A stretch of DNA of 64,000 bases from Octopus sinensis (GCF_006345805.1 NC_043013.1:46004001-46068000); one strand, 5' to 3'; counted from the stretch's first letter, positions 11,100 through 24,370 are shown. Program-made: numbers and translations. Notes: generated by a model from the sequence alone, not told the origin.

Positions 11100-11285
11100 A
11101 ATTTTTTTAAGAAATCTTTGCATATGTTTGCAACTACGACAAATCTCGGATCTTGAGTTCAAAATCGAGTTTGGTATCTTGGATCTAAATACGATATGTG
11201 CCCTTTCTGCCAAACAAAGCCTGCATTTATTAGAACCGTTTATGTATGGTTTAGATTTTTCTAAAACATAGCTGGCCAGCCTCGT
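11100..11285 (-). pseudogene. Penelope-like element, GIY-YIG C-terminal fragment
   Basis: KPYINGSNKCRLCLAERAHIVF...LNSRSEICRSCKH matches the CxLC...E...LN.RSE..C.H tail typical of PLE proteins. Confidence 0.7.
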
Positions 11286-11313
11286 GGTAATGATTTTCAC
11301 GGTGTAACGGAAT

Positions 11314-11535
11314 TTTACTCATTTACTCTTTTACTTGTTTCAGCCAGTTGACTGCGGCCATGCTGGAGCACCGCCTTTAGTCGAGCAACTCGACCCCAGG
11401 ACTTATTCTTTGTAAGCTCAGTACTTACTCTATCGGTCTGTTTTGCCGAACCGCTAAGTGACGGGGACATAAACACACCAGCATCGGTTGTCAAGCAATG
11501 CTAGGATGACAAACACAGACACACAAACATACACC

Positions 11536-11573
<38 letters not shown>

Positions 11574-11727
11574 CATATATACGACGGGCTTCCTTCAGTT
11601 TCCATCTACCAAATCCACTCACAAGGCTTTGGTCGGCCCGAAGCTATAGTAGAAGACACTTGCCCAAGATGCCACGCAGTGGGACTGAACCCGGAACCAT
11701 GTGGTTGGTAAGCAAGCTACTTACCAC
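11314..11727 (-). mobile_element. SINE family A
   Basis: Full reverse-complement match to 8604-9038. Confidence 0.9.
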
Positions 11728-12390
11728 ACAGCCACTCCTGCGCCTATGTTGTTAAATGATTTGCATAACTCGCTTTTTGAATGCTCCTTCACATAACCGT
11801 CCAGGTGGGGAACCTATACGCCAAGGAAACCGGAAAACCGGCCCTTATGAGCCAGGCATGGCTCGAGAAGGAACAAACAATTTCTCTGTTCGCGGAAGGT
11901 ATCATTTCACTATCTTTTGTCCTCTAGCAAGTTGACTATTTCTAAGTAACTGTACTTGGCTGTTGCCGTTGACTAAGTTGTTGTTAGATGTTTTATGACG
12001 GTCTAGAGTCGAAGTGGGCTATTTCCACTACTGTCTGTTGATGTCGACATCAATGTTGGTGTTTTGAGATTTTATTTATTTATTTATTATTTTTGTAGTG
12101 TTGCCCCGCGATAAATATGACCATTCAGCTATATGTATATTAGTTTAATCATGCGCTTTACTCGCACATTTATACGTTTTGTGCTCAGGTCTAATTCTGG
12201 CTGTTTAATCTCCCACATACATTTTAGCCTTTGTGTAAATCTAATCCGATTAGGCTCAAATTAATTGTACATGTAATTCATACAATTGTTTATCACGTTC
12301 ATGAGTTCATAATTCCAATGTGTATTATAGGAGACTGACGCGTTTAGCAATGGTCATTTTTCACTCTATTTATTTTCAATTTATATTTAA

Positions 12391-12812
12391 CTAGCAGCAT
12401 AGCCCGGCGTTACCCGGGTATGTAAGAGCCCCTAGTAGGCAACGACTAATCCCAATCTAGTTCTTTCCCTCTAGGGAACGAAGGCGCATGTGTAGGCTGC
12501 AATGTCTTCTCTTCACTCGAATACTTCTATGTATACGATGTTCCTAGCTGTCTCCCGATTGCAAGTTGCGAAAACTACAACAGAAAATGTGTTGCATATG
12601 AAAAGCATAGATTTTCGACCCCATGTCGAATTTATCAATTTTTTTCAGAACTGGGGGGACTTCTCAAAATTTTCGCTGCGTTAGTTTTGAATTATGACAT
12701 TGGGCTATGTGTGTGTCAAGTTTCATCAGAATCAGTTGAAAGCCGTGGTCAGGGTGAGGGTACAACCTGACAGCCACACAGACAGACAAACTGCCGTTTA
12801 TATATAGAGAGA
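12391..12812 (-). mobile_element. Non-autonomous Helitron H1 (deletion derivative)
   Basis: Same A|TC 5' end and hairpin-CTAG|T 3' end as 3590-4549, without the helicase segment. Confidence 0.9.
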
Positions 12813-13144
12813 TACTAAATAAACAATGTTGCTCTTTAAAATTTTTACTACGATTAAATGTTGAAGTTATTCACGGCTTGGCTTTTCATTCCTTTCGAAA
12901 TATTTCGATTCTGCAATTGTATCGAAGCGGAAAATTAAGTTACAACCGTGAAACATGATGGTATTTTTCAGAAGCGTAGCAGAAATAGTATTTTTTTTAA
13001 TGTATATATATATCCTCGAACCCACAAGAGTAAACAAGAGAGACAGACAGAAACAAGGAAAATGCCACTTGTAATTCAACACTATACTAATATTCTTTTA
13101 AAAAAGCTTTTCTTTTAATTTTTCTAAATTTGATATTTAGTAGA

Positions 13145-13381
13145 TTTCTTATTTCTTTACTGCCCACAAGGGGCTACATACAGAGGGGACAAACAAGGAC
13201 AGACAAACGGATTAAGTCGATTATATCAACCCCAGTGCGTAACTGGTACTTATTTAATCGACCCCGAAAGGATGAAAGGCAAAGTCGACCTCGGCGGAAT
13301 TTGAACTCAGAACGTAACGGCAGACGAAATACTGCTAAGCATTTCGTCCGGCGTGCTAACGTTTCTGCCAGCTCGCCGTCG
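13145..13381 (-). mobile_element. SINE family B, full length
   Basis: Head ggcgagctggcagaaacgttagcac, B-box-like gagttcaaattcc, central gtcgactttgcctttcatcc, tail gggcagtaaagaaata. Confidence 0.9.
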
Positions 13382-13739
13382 CCAACTCTTTCTGTCTCTG
13401 TGTTTGATCTGTCTGTCTGTCAGTCTGTCTCTGTCTTTCTTTGTCTTTCTCCTCTCTCCCTCCCTCCCTCTCTTTCTCTCTCTCCTCCTCTCTCTCTCTC
13501 TCGCTCTCTGCTACGTTGCAGTGTCGGGAGAATCGTGGTGAGCCATTCACAGCGCCCCAACCACCCGAAATCGAGAAGAATTTAGCGTGGTTCTAGCAAC
13601 ATTTTATCGCTGAAAAATGATATGTTTCTGAAACTGTCCGAAGATGCAGGACAGCCGAACGGAAATTAAGAAGATATATATATGGAATCTTCCGAGGACG
13701 ACTGGGAACGGAAATTAAGAATATCTATTTCTGTGTTTA

Positions 13740-13771
13740 TATCTACCTATCCATCTATCTATCTGTCTATG

Positions 13772-13831
<60 letters not shown>

Positions 13832-13965
13832 CCTACTTTATCCATCCATCCATCTATCTATCCATCTATCCATCCATCTACCTACCTACCTACCTACCTA
13901 CCTACCTACCTACCTACCTACTTAACTACCTACCTACCTACCTACCTACCTATCTATCTACCTAC

Positions 13966-14026
<61 letters not shown>

Positions 14027-14076
14027 AATCTATCTATCTATCTATCTATCTATATATATATATATGAATAAATATA

Positions 14077-14109
<33 letters not shown>

Positions 14110-14191
14110 CTACCTACCTACCTACCTACCTACTTTATCCATCTATCTATCTATCTATCTACATACACACGTACAAACACATACACACACA

Positions 14192-14224
<33 letters not shown>

Positions 14225-14262
14225 CACACACACACACACACACGCACACACACACACACACA
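13740..14262. repeat. Compound (ATCT)n/(ACCT)n/(TA)n/(CT)n/(CA)n microsatellite
   Basis: Seen directly in the sequence. Confidence 0.95.
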
Positions 14263-14544
14263 CCGGGGGAATGTGTAAAACGGTAGATTGGCAGAGTCGT
14301 ATGAGAATTGATTACAATGTTCTGTCTTATTACCTCTCCACCCCCACCGGGGTCAATTTCGCCTTCATCTTTTGAGGTCGATAAATAAGTATCAACCCTG
14401 TGCTAATGCAGCCTCTTCCTCTCGCCTTTATCTCTCACTCTCTCTCTTTCTTTCTCTTTCTCTGGTCTTTCTCTGACATTCTGGATATTTCATTGGATCA
14501 AGTGTGTGAGGGCTGAGAGAGTCTCCGTCTATTCACTGCTACGG

Positions 14545-14563
14545 TCGTTTACTACTACTACTG

Positions 14564-14609
<46 letters not shown>

Positions 14610-14722
14610 CACTACTAAAATTTCTCCGTAGACCCCATTGCGTTTGCTTACTACTACTACTACTACTACTACTACCACTACCACCACCACTACTACTACT
14701 ACTAAAATTTCTACTACTACTA

Positions 14723-14754
<32 letters not shown>

Positions 14755-14800
14755 AAATTTATCCGTAGACCCCATTGCGCTTGCATTCTACTACTACTAC

Positions 14801-14833
<33 letters not shown>

Positions 14834-14857
14834 CCACCCCCTCTGCTACTACTACTA

Positions 14858-14895
<38 letters not shown>

Positions 14896-14955
14896 AATGC
14901 TAGTAGTGATAGTAGTAGCAGCAGCAGTAGTAGTAGTAGTAGTAGTAGTAGTAGA
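14545..14955. repeat. (CTA)n/(TAG)n trinucleotide array with an internal duplication and strand switches
   Basis: actaaaattt(c/a)tccgtagaccccattgcg occurs twice, and (CTA)n switches to (TAG)n near 14790. Confidence 0.9.
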
Positions 14956-15305
14956 GGGGGTGGCATCCATGCATCATATAGCTCACACGCTATTTTTGCT
15001 TTCGACCATCAGAGTAACTTTAGATTTAGGAGAGAAGAGCTTTTTATTGCTCAGAACGCATGAAACAGAGGCTAACTAAAATCTGAAGACAAGATTGGAT
15101 GTTTCGGACAGACTTACGAAAATGCTTTTGACAGGAAATGGATTAGGATAGCTTTCGTAAATCAACATTTATGTGTGTGAGTGTGCGCATGTACATATTT
15201 ATTGTATATGTATATTTTGCGGGTATTCGTGCATGCGCAGTTGTTTGTACTCACGTAAGAGACACCCGTGTCTCTTTACCTGACGAGCGTTTATTTTCAA
15301 TGTAT

Positions 15306-15694
15306 ACTCTTTTACTTGTTTCAGTCATTTGACTGCGGCCATGCTGGAGCACCGCCTTTAGTCGAGCAAATCGACCCCGGGACTTATTCTTTGTAAGCCC
15401 AGTACTTATTCTATCGGTCTCTTTTGCCGAACCGCTAAGTGACGGGGACGTAAACACACCAGCATCGGTTGTCAAGCAAGGCTAGACAATCACACACACA
15501 AACACACACATATATATATATATATATATACATATATACGATGGGCTTTTTTCAGTTTCCGTCTATCAAATCCACTCACAAGGCACTGGTCGGCCCGGTG
15601 CTATTGCAGAAGACACTTGCCCAAGGTGCCACGCAGTGTGACTGAATCCGGAACTATGTGGTTGTTTAGCAAGCTACTTACCACACAGCCACTC

Positions 15695-15697
<3 letters not shown>
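15306..15697 (-). mobile_element. SINE family A
   Basis: Reverse-complement match to the family A copies. Confidence 0.9.
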
Positions 15698-15736
<39 letters not shown>

Positions 15737-15906
15737 GTATTCAAAGAAATTCCAACTTGGTCTGATTTTCACGTTTTATTTACAATCTTGTAATAATATA
15801 ATATAAGATAATAAAATATAATGAAATGGTAGAATATTAAATGTCCATTCTGATTGAACTAGTACTTTCATGCATTAAACTATGCGATCTTCAGGGTCAT
15901 GTAGTA

Positions 15907-15946
<40 letters not shown>

Positions 15947-16479
15947 ATATATATATATATAGATATTATATATATTATGCACATACATGCTGGTGTGCAT
16001 ATATTCTTTCTATGAAATTCAAATGAAGAACATTTGGAGTGTTTTAGACATCTTTATTGAACCAAAGATTGCTTGGCTTTGGAGGATGCGTATCGATCTA
16101 TATTGTTCACGCTTGAAAGATGTCACCATTTTCAAGCTTTTATGCAAATATGTTGCTACGCAGCCGATGATGGTAGATACAAGAATATTTATAGTAAAGG
16201 TACATGAACTAAAAGTTTCGTAGCCGTTCTTCTTTCCAACTATATAAGACCAGATATTCAGCCACGCAGGGTAGTTGATCCTTAAGCAGTGTTATTCCCG
16301 GTCCCAGACAAGAATACGTGGTCGATTATGTTCGCATTGGGTTACAGATTTTATTAGAATGTTCTACCAGTATTCCACGTTTCCCATATAAACGTATACA
16401 CATTTGTATTATGTCGTGCGTTTGACCGCCAAAATAATTATTCATGTGCATCGTGTTGTAAAGAGTTTCGGCGCCAATA

Positions 16480-17430
16480 TCACTATCTAACGTCTTGCAA
16501 GCATTTTAGGCAACTGCTGATGACTGGGGAGTATGGTACATTTATATTTTCTAACATAAAGTGGTGGTTTTGAAATATCTTTATCTCTATTGTTGCAGGC
16601 ATATACTTCTATATTTATCACATATCCAGAACTTACTACTCTTTCCACCATTATTATTGTAAATTGCATCGATATTGACAGGGAGAATTTCCATAGTATG
16701 GTGAGGGTTTCTTCTACAAATTTCTGTTTAAGTTGGTCAATCCAGTTTTCTTAGTACCTATTTAGGAGTTTTTCAACTATATGCTATTGTTTATACTTCT
16801 GAGTACCCGAGATGCATTCATTTCTGCCTTTACCGTTCAAAAGGTGTTGACCGTGTAGTAAAAAGTGGCGCGGTCCACGGACGCCATCTGGAATAATTCT
16901 TCGACTTTACATAGATCCGGCTAATGAATATTAATATCTTCCCAGCTTTTGTCGTCCAAGATACGAGTCTCTTCAGAGTGGCCAGTTCAATGTCCCAAAT
17001 ATTTGTACTGGCACTGACACTGTAATAGTGTTGTGAGATAAGGTCTTGGTGAATACAACAGTTTTGATTTCAATATTTTCTTAAATCTGCTGAACTATTT
17101 TCTTGACACGCTAATGTTAGCCTCAGCAATAACGTACGCAGCATTCCCATAAATTCCGATATACTTTAAGCATTCCTCATTGAACACAGAGAAAATAGAC
17201 AGCTCGTCCTTCATTGGATACAAAAAAAAATAGACAGCCTATTCTTCATTGGAGATAGAAAAAATAGACGACTCATTTATATTCATATTCCTTGTCTAAT
17301 CAACAGTCATTCTTCGAGATATTTTCAAGCACTTATCCTGGCCAATTTCCTTTCCTATGTCCCGTAAGAAGCTTGTAACCAGCTCTAACTCTTACTAAAC
17401 GTTTGATACATTACCCGAATACAGAGAAAA
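16480..17430 (-). mobile_element. Heavily decayed R4/Dong-type RT relic
   Basis: Patchy peptides GYKL, KYIGI, SRFKKILKSKL and VDR parallel the element at 47721-50984. Many stops. Confidence 0.4.
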
Positions 17431-17496
17431 AAGTTGTGGATGGCATTCACTTTTTGTCTCTTCTGCTGATTATAATATGTAACTTTGAGAACAAGA

Positions 17497-17795
17497 TTAT
17501 TTAATCTCTACTGAAGTTTATATTACCTTATCTTAACCCAGATTTACTCTATTTAATCATCATTAAAATTTATATTACTAAATCGTCACTGAGATTCATA
17601 ATAATTAACCTTCATCGAAGTTTGTATAATTCAATCATCACTCAGGTATAGAATACTTAATCTTCACTCAGGTTCAAACTCTTTTAATCTTCACTGAGTT
17701 CTATATATTTAATCTCCACTATATTATTCATTCTTCATTGAGGTTTAGACTAATTAATCTTCGCAAAAGGTTATATTATTTAATCTTCACAGAAC
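17497..17795. repeat. Degenerate ~27-28-bp minisatellite
   Basis: About 10-11 copies of TTAATCTTCACTGAGGTTTATATTA-like units. Confidence 0.7.
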
Positions 17796-18234
17796 AGCAA
17801 TATTATAGTTGCGGTCATGGTGTCTTACAACATTTAATGTCGTCTTTCCACATTCAAATCCCGCTGTTATGTGTTAGCTTTAATTGACTAAATATCTTCA
17901 CTGCAAGTTTATGTCCTTTTACGTACTTGACAAATCGTTATTTAATGAAATATTTTCTGAATATTATTTGCTTTGATGTTTCCCTATATTGCCAATAATG
18001 CTACAATCCTTATTGGGCAAGAGGAGTTTCAGGAAAGATAAGATTTAGTAACACGTTTCTACCTTGGTTCAAACAGTAACGAGGTCGACATTGTTTTCTC
18101 TCCTCGAGTCGAGAATCTAAGAAGCAATAATGAAGTGAAGCTATTCATTCGTTTCTGCAGTTAGCTGATCCAGGATTGAAAAACACATATGTAACAACAA
18201 TATCATGTTATATATTAATATTAATGACATCTAA

Positions 18235-19055
18235 AAGGCGGCGAACTGGCAGAACAGTTACTACACCTGGCGAAATGCTTAGAGGTATTTCGTCCGTCTT
18301 TCCGTTCTGAGTTCAGATTTCGCCTTTCGGGGATGATAAAATAAATACCAAATGATCATTGGTGTTGATGTGACCGTCATAGCCCTCCCGTGAAAGTGCT
18401 GGCCCTGTGCTAAAATGTGAAGTCTATATTAATGATATCCAAGGCGGGGAGCTGACAGAATCATTAGCACGCCGGGCGAAATGCTTAGCGGCATTTCCTC
18501 CGTTCAAATTCCGTCGAGGTCAACTTTGCCTTTCATCCCTTCGGACGGCGAGTTGACAGAAACGTTAGCACGCCGGGCGAAATGCTCAGCAGTATTTCGT
18601 CTGCCGTTACGCTCTGAGTTCAAATTCTGCCGAGGTCGACTTTGCCTTTCATCCTTTTGGGGTCGATAAACTAAGTACCAGTTACGCCTGGGGTCGAATA
18701 TAATCGACTTAATCCATTTGTCTTTCTTGTTTGTCCTCTCTGTGTTTAGCCCCTTGTGGGTAGTAAAGAAATAGTATTTCGTCTGCCGCTACATTCTGAG
18801 TTCAAATTCCACCGAGTCAACTTTGCCTTCATCCTTTCGGGGTCGATAAATTAAGTACCAGTTACGCACTGGGGTCGATATAATCGACTAATCCATTTGT
18901 CTGTTCTTGTTTGTCCTCTCTGTGTTTAGCCCCTTGAGGGTAGTAAAGAAATAGGTGTTGATAAAAGAAGTATCATTAGATCACTGGGGGGTCATTGTAA
19001 ATTGACTTACCACATCCCTCAAACTTCCTGGCCTTGTGCCAAAATTTGAAACCAA
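18235..19055 (+). mobile_element. Tandem head-to-tail array of SINE family B copies and fragments
   Basis: Units start at about 18235, 18441, 18543, 18774 and 18953. Confidence 0.85.
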
Positions 19056-20352
19056 TTTCAATGACACTTTATTGCCTAACTTTCCATTGCTATACACAGA
19101 CGTGTGTGTGTTTAGCAAAACTCAGTACTGCCTTGACACCAGATTCATAATAGCGACCTTAATGTTGTAGTCCACAGATAGATATATCTATGTAAGCTCT
19201 TAGTTCTACTAACTCAGATTTTTAAAGATAAAATACTAATGAATCATCGTTAAAGTTGGCGAGAAGAAAAGAGAAGAAATTGATGAAAACAAACAGAATA
19301 GATGTTCCTTAATCAATTGATGAGATAAATCGTTGCCAGTTGTGAATGTATTTGTGAGTTTCAAATCAATTTTGTCATGACTTGTGAAAGAGTCAGAGAA
19401 ATGATTGATATTTTTATACCAAGTGATTTAAAATATTTTTCACAGAAACTAATTAAAGGGAAAATGGTAATACGGAATTTTGTTGTGTCCAGAGAGAGTC
19501 ATTATGCCAACATTATTAATACGCGCATTGGTTCAGTTCCACTCATTTATTATTAGACAATTAATTAGGTATCCAACAAACTAATCAATTGTTTATTTAA
19601 TTTTTGTTTAACAGTGAGTCGTTCGTTTTGTTTTTGTTTGTTAAAGCTCTTTCGTTGCTACTAGCAACCTTTTCAATGACCTTTGACTTAATCCGTTACA
19701 GAGACCGTTTTTGCCTGCTTGAGATCTTGTTGTATGCGTGTGTGAGCGTGTCACTATGCGCATGCGCTTGAGTAAACGAGGTTATAAGGAATATTTTGTG
19801 GATGATGTCGTTTGAGGGTCAAATATATATTATTCATTCTTTATATTCAAAATAAACTCTGATTTCTTTGCTCGTTGTTACTAGAATTATAAAACATCTA
19901 TCGAGGAATTACAAAAAATATCCTATACTCTCCAATTTTGTGCTATCTACCAACATTTGTGAATTTCTAGTTTCGATATATTGGGCATATTTCTGTAGTG
20001 AATCAGTGTTAAGAGAATATTGGGACATTTGTCAATATATCAGGTAAAGTTCAGAACAAATACTTTCAACTGTCTGACCTATCCGTTGAGCTGAATTAAA
20101 TACCGTTATACTATAATTATATATGCAAACACGCGCACGTACACACACACTCAGTGCGACGGGTTTCCACGTAGATTCCGTCTGTCAAATACTTTCCATA
20201 AATCGATGGAGAATGGGGGGGGGGGCTATGATTGAAGTAACTCTTCCAAGAGGCGGCTCGGTGGTATCAAACCGCAGAACCATGTGTTTGCTAAGCCGCT
20301 AATCTATTCGAAAAGAAATAAAGGTAAAAAATGGCAATTTCACATATAGTCT

Positions 20353-20354
<2 letters not shown>

Positions 20355-20441
<87 letters not shown>

Positions 20442-20454
20442 AATAAATAGATAT

Positions 20455-20503
<49 letters not shown>

Positions 20504-20504
20504 A

Positions 20505-20562
<58 letters not shown>
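20355..20562. repeat. (AGAT)n microsatellite at the 3' end of the Tx1-like LINE
   Basis: Seen directly in the sequence. Confidence 0.95.
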
Positions 20563-20563
<1 letters not shown>

Positions 20564-22456
20564 TGTTTCTTTATTAGCCACACAGGGCTGCACACAAATA
20601 GAACAAATTACAAGGTAGAGCTTTTCTTTTGAAGGTTTTAAAAAAAAAAAAGGAAGGGGGAGTTTCGATCAAAAGGGATCGTAAAAGGTGAGAAAGAGGA
20701 CAAAAAAAAGGGGGGTTAAAAAAAGGGGGGGAGAAAAAAAAATTGATCAATAGGGATCGTTATCACAGAATGTCAATATGAAGTGAAAGGGGAGGACAGG
20801 TGAGGTTTACCCGTGGAAAGAAAAGCCTACGGAAAAGACCACGGTAACTCGGTCAATGGAGTCACATGTTATATTTCTTTTTTTTTTTTTTTTGCGAATA
20901 AGCAACTCTCTGTTTTCAATTTCTGGGTTCATAGGATCATGCTCAAGGTGGCTTCGTCATTCATACGTGCCATTCTTGCTACATTCACCCAATTTTTTTT
21001 AAAACATTCGCTAGACAAAACTTGCCTCTCTACTCTCACTTTCCTTTTCAAGTGGTACTTGAAGAAGTTGATGAGAGATTGACCAGAGAGGAAAGTGTTT
21101 GTCTCCAATCCTTTCAGACGCGTCCACCAGATACATTTTCGCCATAGTCACAAGGATGATGAAAATAGCTCTTCCTTCCCGTTGAAGGAAGGAGCGTGAC
21201 AATATTGACGATAGACTCAGCTGATAAACCGACTCGTCCCACACGTGACAGCAATTGTTCGACATAAGCCCACAGGTCGGAAATTGTTGGACACTGCACG
21301 AGTGCGTGCAGAACGGTTTCGTCGCTCTGACCGCATCTCGGGCAGGTCGGCCCCGTGTTTCTCGAGCCGTGTCTGTAGAGCTTATCCCGAACGGGTAGCG
21401 CTTCTCGGTAGCACTGCCAGGGCAGGGATCTCTGGAAGTTGTCCATGGGCCCTGGCCCGAAAGTCGTCCTGAACAGGCGGGTCAGGTACTCCTCGTCGAC
21501 GTCCAGGTTCGCCCCGAGCTCGTCGTCGTACCTCCCCTCCACTAAACCCCTATAGAATGCTTTGGTTGTATTGAAGTCAGTCAAGGTCGACCCAGGACGG
21601 CAGAGTTGCTTGAGAGCAACGCGACACTCGCGGTGCCATTCGCCCTTCCTCGGCCTCTTTTTGATCCTCGACTGCAGTTCGGTCATGGAGACGAGCTGCG
21701 GGAAAGCGTGCCTCACAAACGGCGACCACACCTGTTCACCGTCGTCTACATAGAGCCAGAGATGTCGCAGTCTCAGCGCGTGTCTGCGCATCATCAACCA
21801 CGGCATGCCCAGCCCTCCTTTTAACGGGTGTTGACAGCAAATGGATCGCCTGACCATCGGGACGCATCCTTTCCACAAGAAGCGAAAGAGAATGCGTTGT
21901 AGTTTGGTGATGGTAGGGTCGGGACAAGGTACGACGGTCAGGCGGTAGTAGATGACGGACGCGATGTACGTGTTCGCCACCTCCGCCCGACCTTTTAGGG
22001 ACAGTTTCCTCTCGGCCCATTGCCGGCCGAGAGTGACCACCCTACTCGTTATCTCGTTCCAGTTCTTCTCCACTTGGAGGTCCGGACCAAACCAGACCCC
22101 GAGCAACTCAACCGGGCCGTCGGTCCAGCGTCCCACGACGGAGGCGCTGGTGGACGGCATGGGCTTGCTTCCCCAGGTGCCTAGTCGCAAGCCCACTGAC
22201 TTTTCCCGGTTGATTTTCGCTCCTGTCACCGCTTCGTAGGTTTTCAGTGTCTCGCCGACCTGCTCGATGTGCTCGTGGCTAGACACTATGACGGTGACGT
22301 CGTCCGCGTATGCAGACACGCTCGTCCCGCATCCCAGTTCTCGCGGGATGCCTCTCAAGGTTGCCAGCTTCCGCAATAATAGCTCGAGAGTCAATACGTA
22401 TAGAAGCGACGAGAGGGGGCATCCCTGACGGACCGAACGTGCGATGTCGAAGGGTC
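20563..22456 (-). mobile_element. 5'-truncated Tx1/L1-clade LINE
   Basis: RT C-terminal part and zf-RVT, then a 3' UTR ending in (ATCT)n. The 5' break is at 22456, directly against another (AGAT)n. Confidence 0.85.
21114..22394 (-). pseudogene. Tx1-type reverse transcriptase fragment (426-aa open frame)
   Basis: RQGCPLSSLLYVL upstream, YADDV, GAKINREKS, GGLG, and CPRCGQSDETVLHALVQC (zf-RVT). Frameshifts near 21180-21130. Confidence 0.9.
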
Positions 22457-22476
22457 AGATAGATAGATAGATAGAA

Positions 22477-22568
<92 letters not shown>

Positions 22569-22745
22569 GTGGGTAGTTAAATAGATAGAAAGGTAAATAG
22601 ATAGACAGATGTTTCTTTATTAGCCACACAAGGCTGCACACAGACGGGACAGATTACTAAGTAGAGCTTTTCTTTATGAGGAGAAAAGAAGAAATAAAAA
22701 GAAAAGTGGGGTAGGTTTTCGATCAAAAGGATCGTAAAAGGGAAA
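22457..22745 (-). mobile_element. (AGAT)n plus a second short 3' end of the same Tx1 family
   Basis: gtttctttattagccacacaaggctgcacac at 22611 repeats the sequence at 20565. Confidence 0.8.
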
Positions 22746-22959
22746 GAAAAAAAAGGAAAGAAAAGGAAAAAGAAGGTAGATAGGTAAATAGATAGATAGA
22801 TAAAAAGATATATCTTGGTTATCTTAAAACCACTGAATTTTAAAATAACCAATATCTATCTATCTGTCTGTCTGTCTGTCTATCTATCTCTAACACATCT
22901 CTAACACATCCACACACACACACACACGCACACACGCATATACGTGTATGCATATATCT

Positions 22960-23200
22960 TTTATTTGTGCCAGTCATTATATTACGGCCATGCTGGGGCA
23001 CCACTTTGAGGAATTTTAGTCGAACTAATCATCTCCAGTTCTTATTTTCTTTTTTAAGCCTGGTTCTTGTATCGGTCTTTTTTGCCGAACCGCCACGTTA
23101 AGTTCCGCGGACATAAACACACAAACACCGGTTGTCAAGCAGTGGTGCGTGACAAACACAGACACAAACATACACACACATATACATATACATGTACACA
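22960..23200 (-). mobile_element. SINE family A, 3' half
   Basis: Diverged reverse-complement match. Confidence 0.7.
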
Positions 23201-23231
23201 TATATAGACACACACGCATATATTCATATAC

Positions 23232-23397
23232 AGGCGCAGGAGCAGCTGTGTGGTAAGTAGCTTGCTTACCAACCACACGGTTCCGGGTTCTTTCCCACTG
23301 CGTGGCACCTTGGGCAAGTGTCTTCTACTATAGCCTCGGGCCGACCAAAGCCTTGTGGGTAGATTTGGTAGGCGGAAACTGAAAGAAGCCCGTCGTA

Positions 23398-23481
<84 letters not shown>

Positions 23482-23678
23482 CTGTGTTTGTCCCCCCCAA
23501 CATCGCTTGACAACCGATGCTGGTGTGTTTACGTCCCCGAAACTTAGCAGTTCGGCAAAAGACGCCGATAGAATAAGTACTTGGGTTCCAAAGTATAAGT
23601 CCTGGGATCGATTTGCTCGACTAAAGGCGGTGCTCCAGCATGACCGCAGTCAAATGATTGAAACAAGTAAAAGAGTAT
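23232..23678 (+). mobile_element. SINE family A
   Basis: Head ggcgcaggagcagctgtgtgg through tail aagtaaaagagta. Confidence 0.9.
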
Positions 23679-24011
23679 ACATACATACAGTGAGAGGTGG
23701 GGAAGAGAGATGTATGAACATATATATATATGAGTGTGTAGTGATGAGGTCCGTGTTCGTGTTTTTTATTTATATTCTGTAACTTTAGACAAATAGTGAT
23801 CGATGAAATAAATGCCAGCCTCTAAGTGAACGCAAATCCTGTGTCTGAAACCTCTCAAGACGATGCACCAGTATGGTTGCAATTTAATGGCTGAAACCAA
23901 TATAAAAGTAAAAATAAAAGCGACTCTGCTGATGGATAATGGAAATATAACTATGACCGAGTTCTTGAAATTGTCCCTGGTTTAGCAAAGGTGAAGAATT
24001 CTGATGTAGGT

Positions 24012-24370
24012 GTACGACGATGAGGGTTCCGGTTGATCCGAATCAACGGAACAGCCTGCTCGTGAAATTAACGTGTAAGTGGCTGAGCACTCCACAGACA
24101 CGTGTACCCTTAACGTAGTTCTCGGGGATATTCAGCGTGACACAGAGAGTGACAAGGCCGGCCCTTTGAAATACAGGTACAACAGAAACAGGAAGTAAGA
24201 GAAAGTTGTGGTGAAAGAGTACAGCAGGGATCACCACCATCCCCTGTCGGAGCCTCGTGGAACTTTAGGTATTTTCGCTCAATAAACACTCACAACGCCC
24301 GGTCTGGGAATCGAAACCGCGATCCTATGACCGCGAGTCCGCTGCCCTATCCACAGGGCCATTGCGCCTC
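24012..24370 (-). mobile_element. SINE family C (tRNA-Arg-like head), tail X
   Basis: Reverse complement of 25595-25978. Confidence 0.9.

Noticed and set aside
19610-19800. Promoter-like words (tgcgcatgcgc, tgacctttgac, a gtgagt donor)
   Set aside because: Short motifs with no linked exon or ORF, expected by chance in 64 kb.
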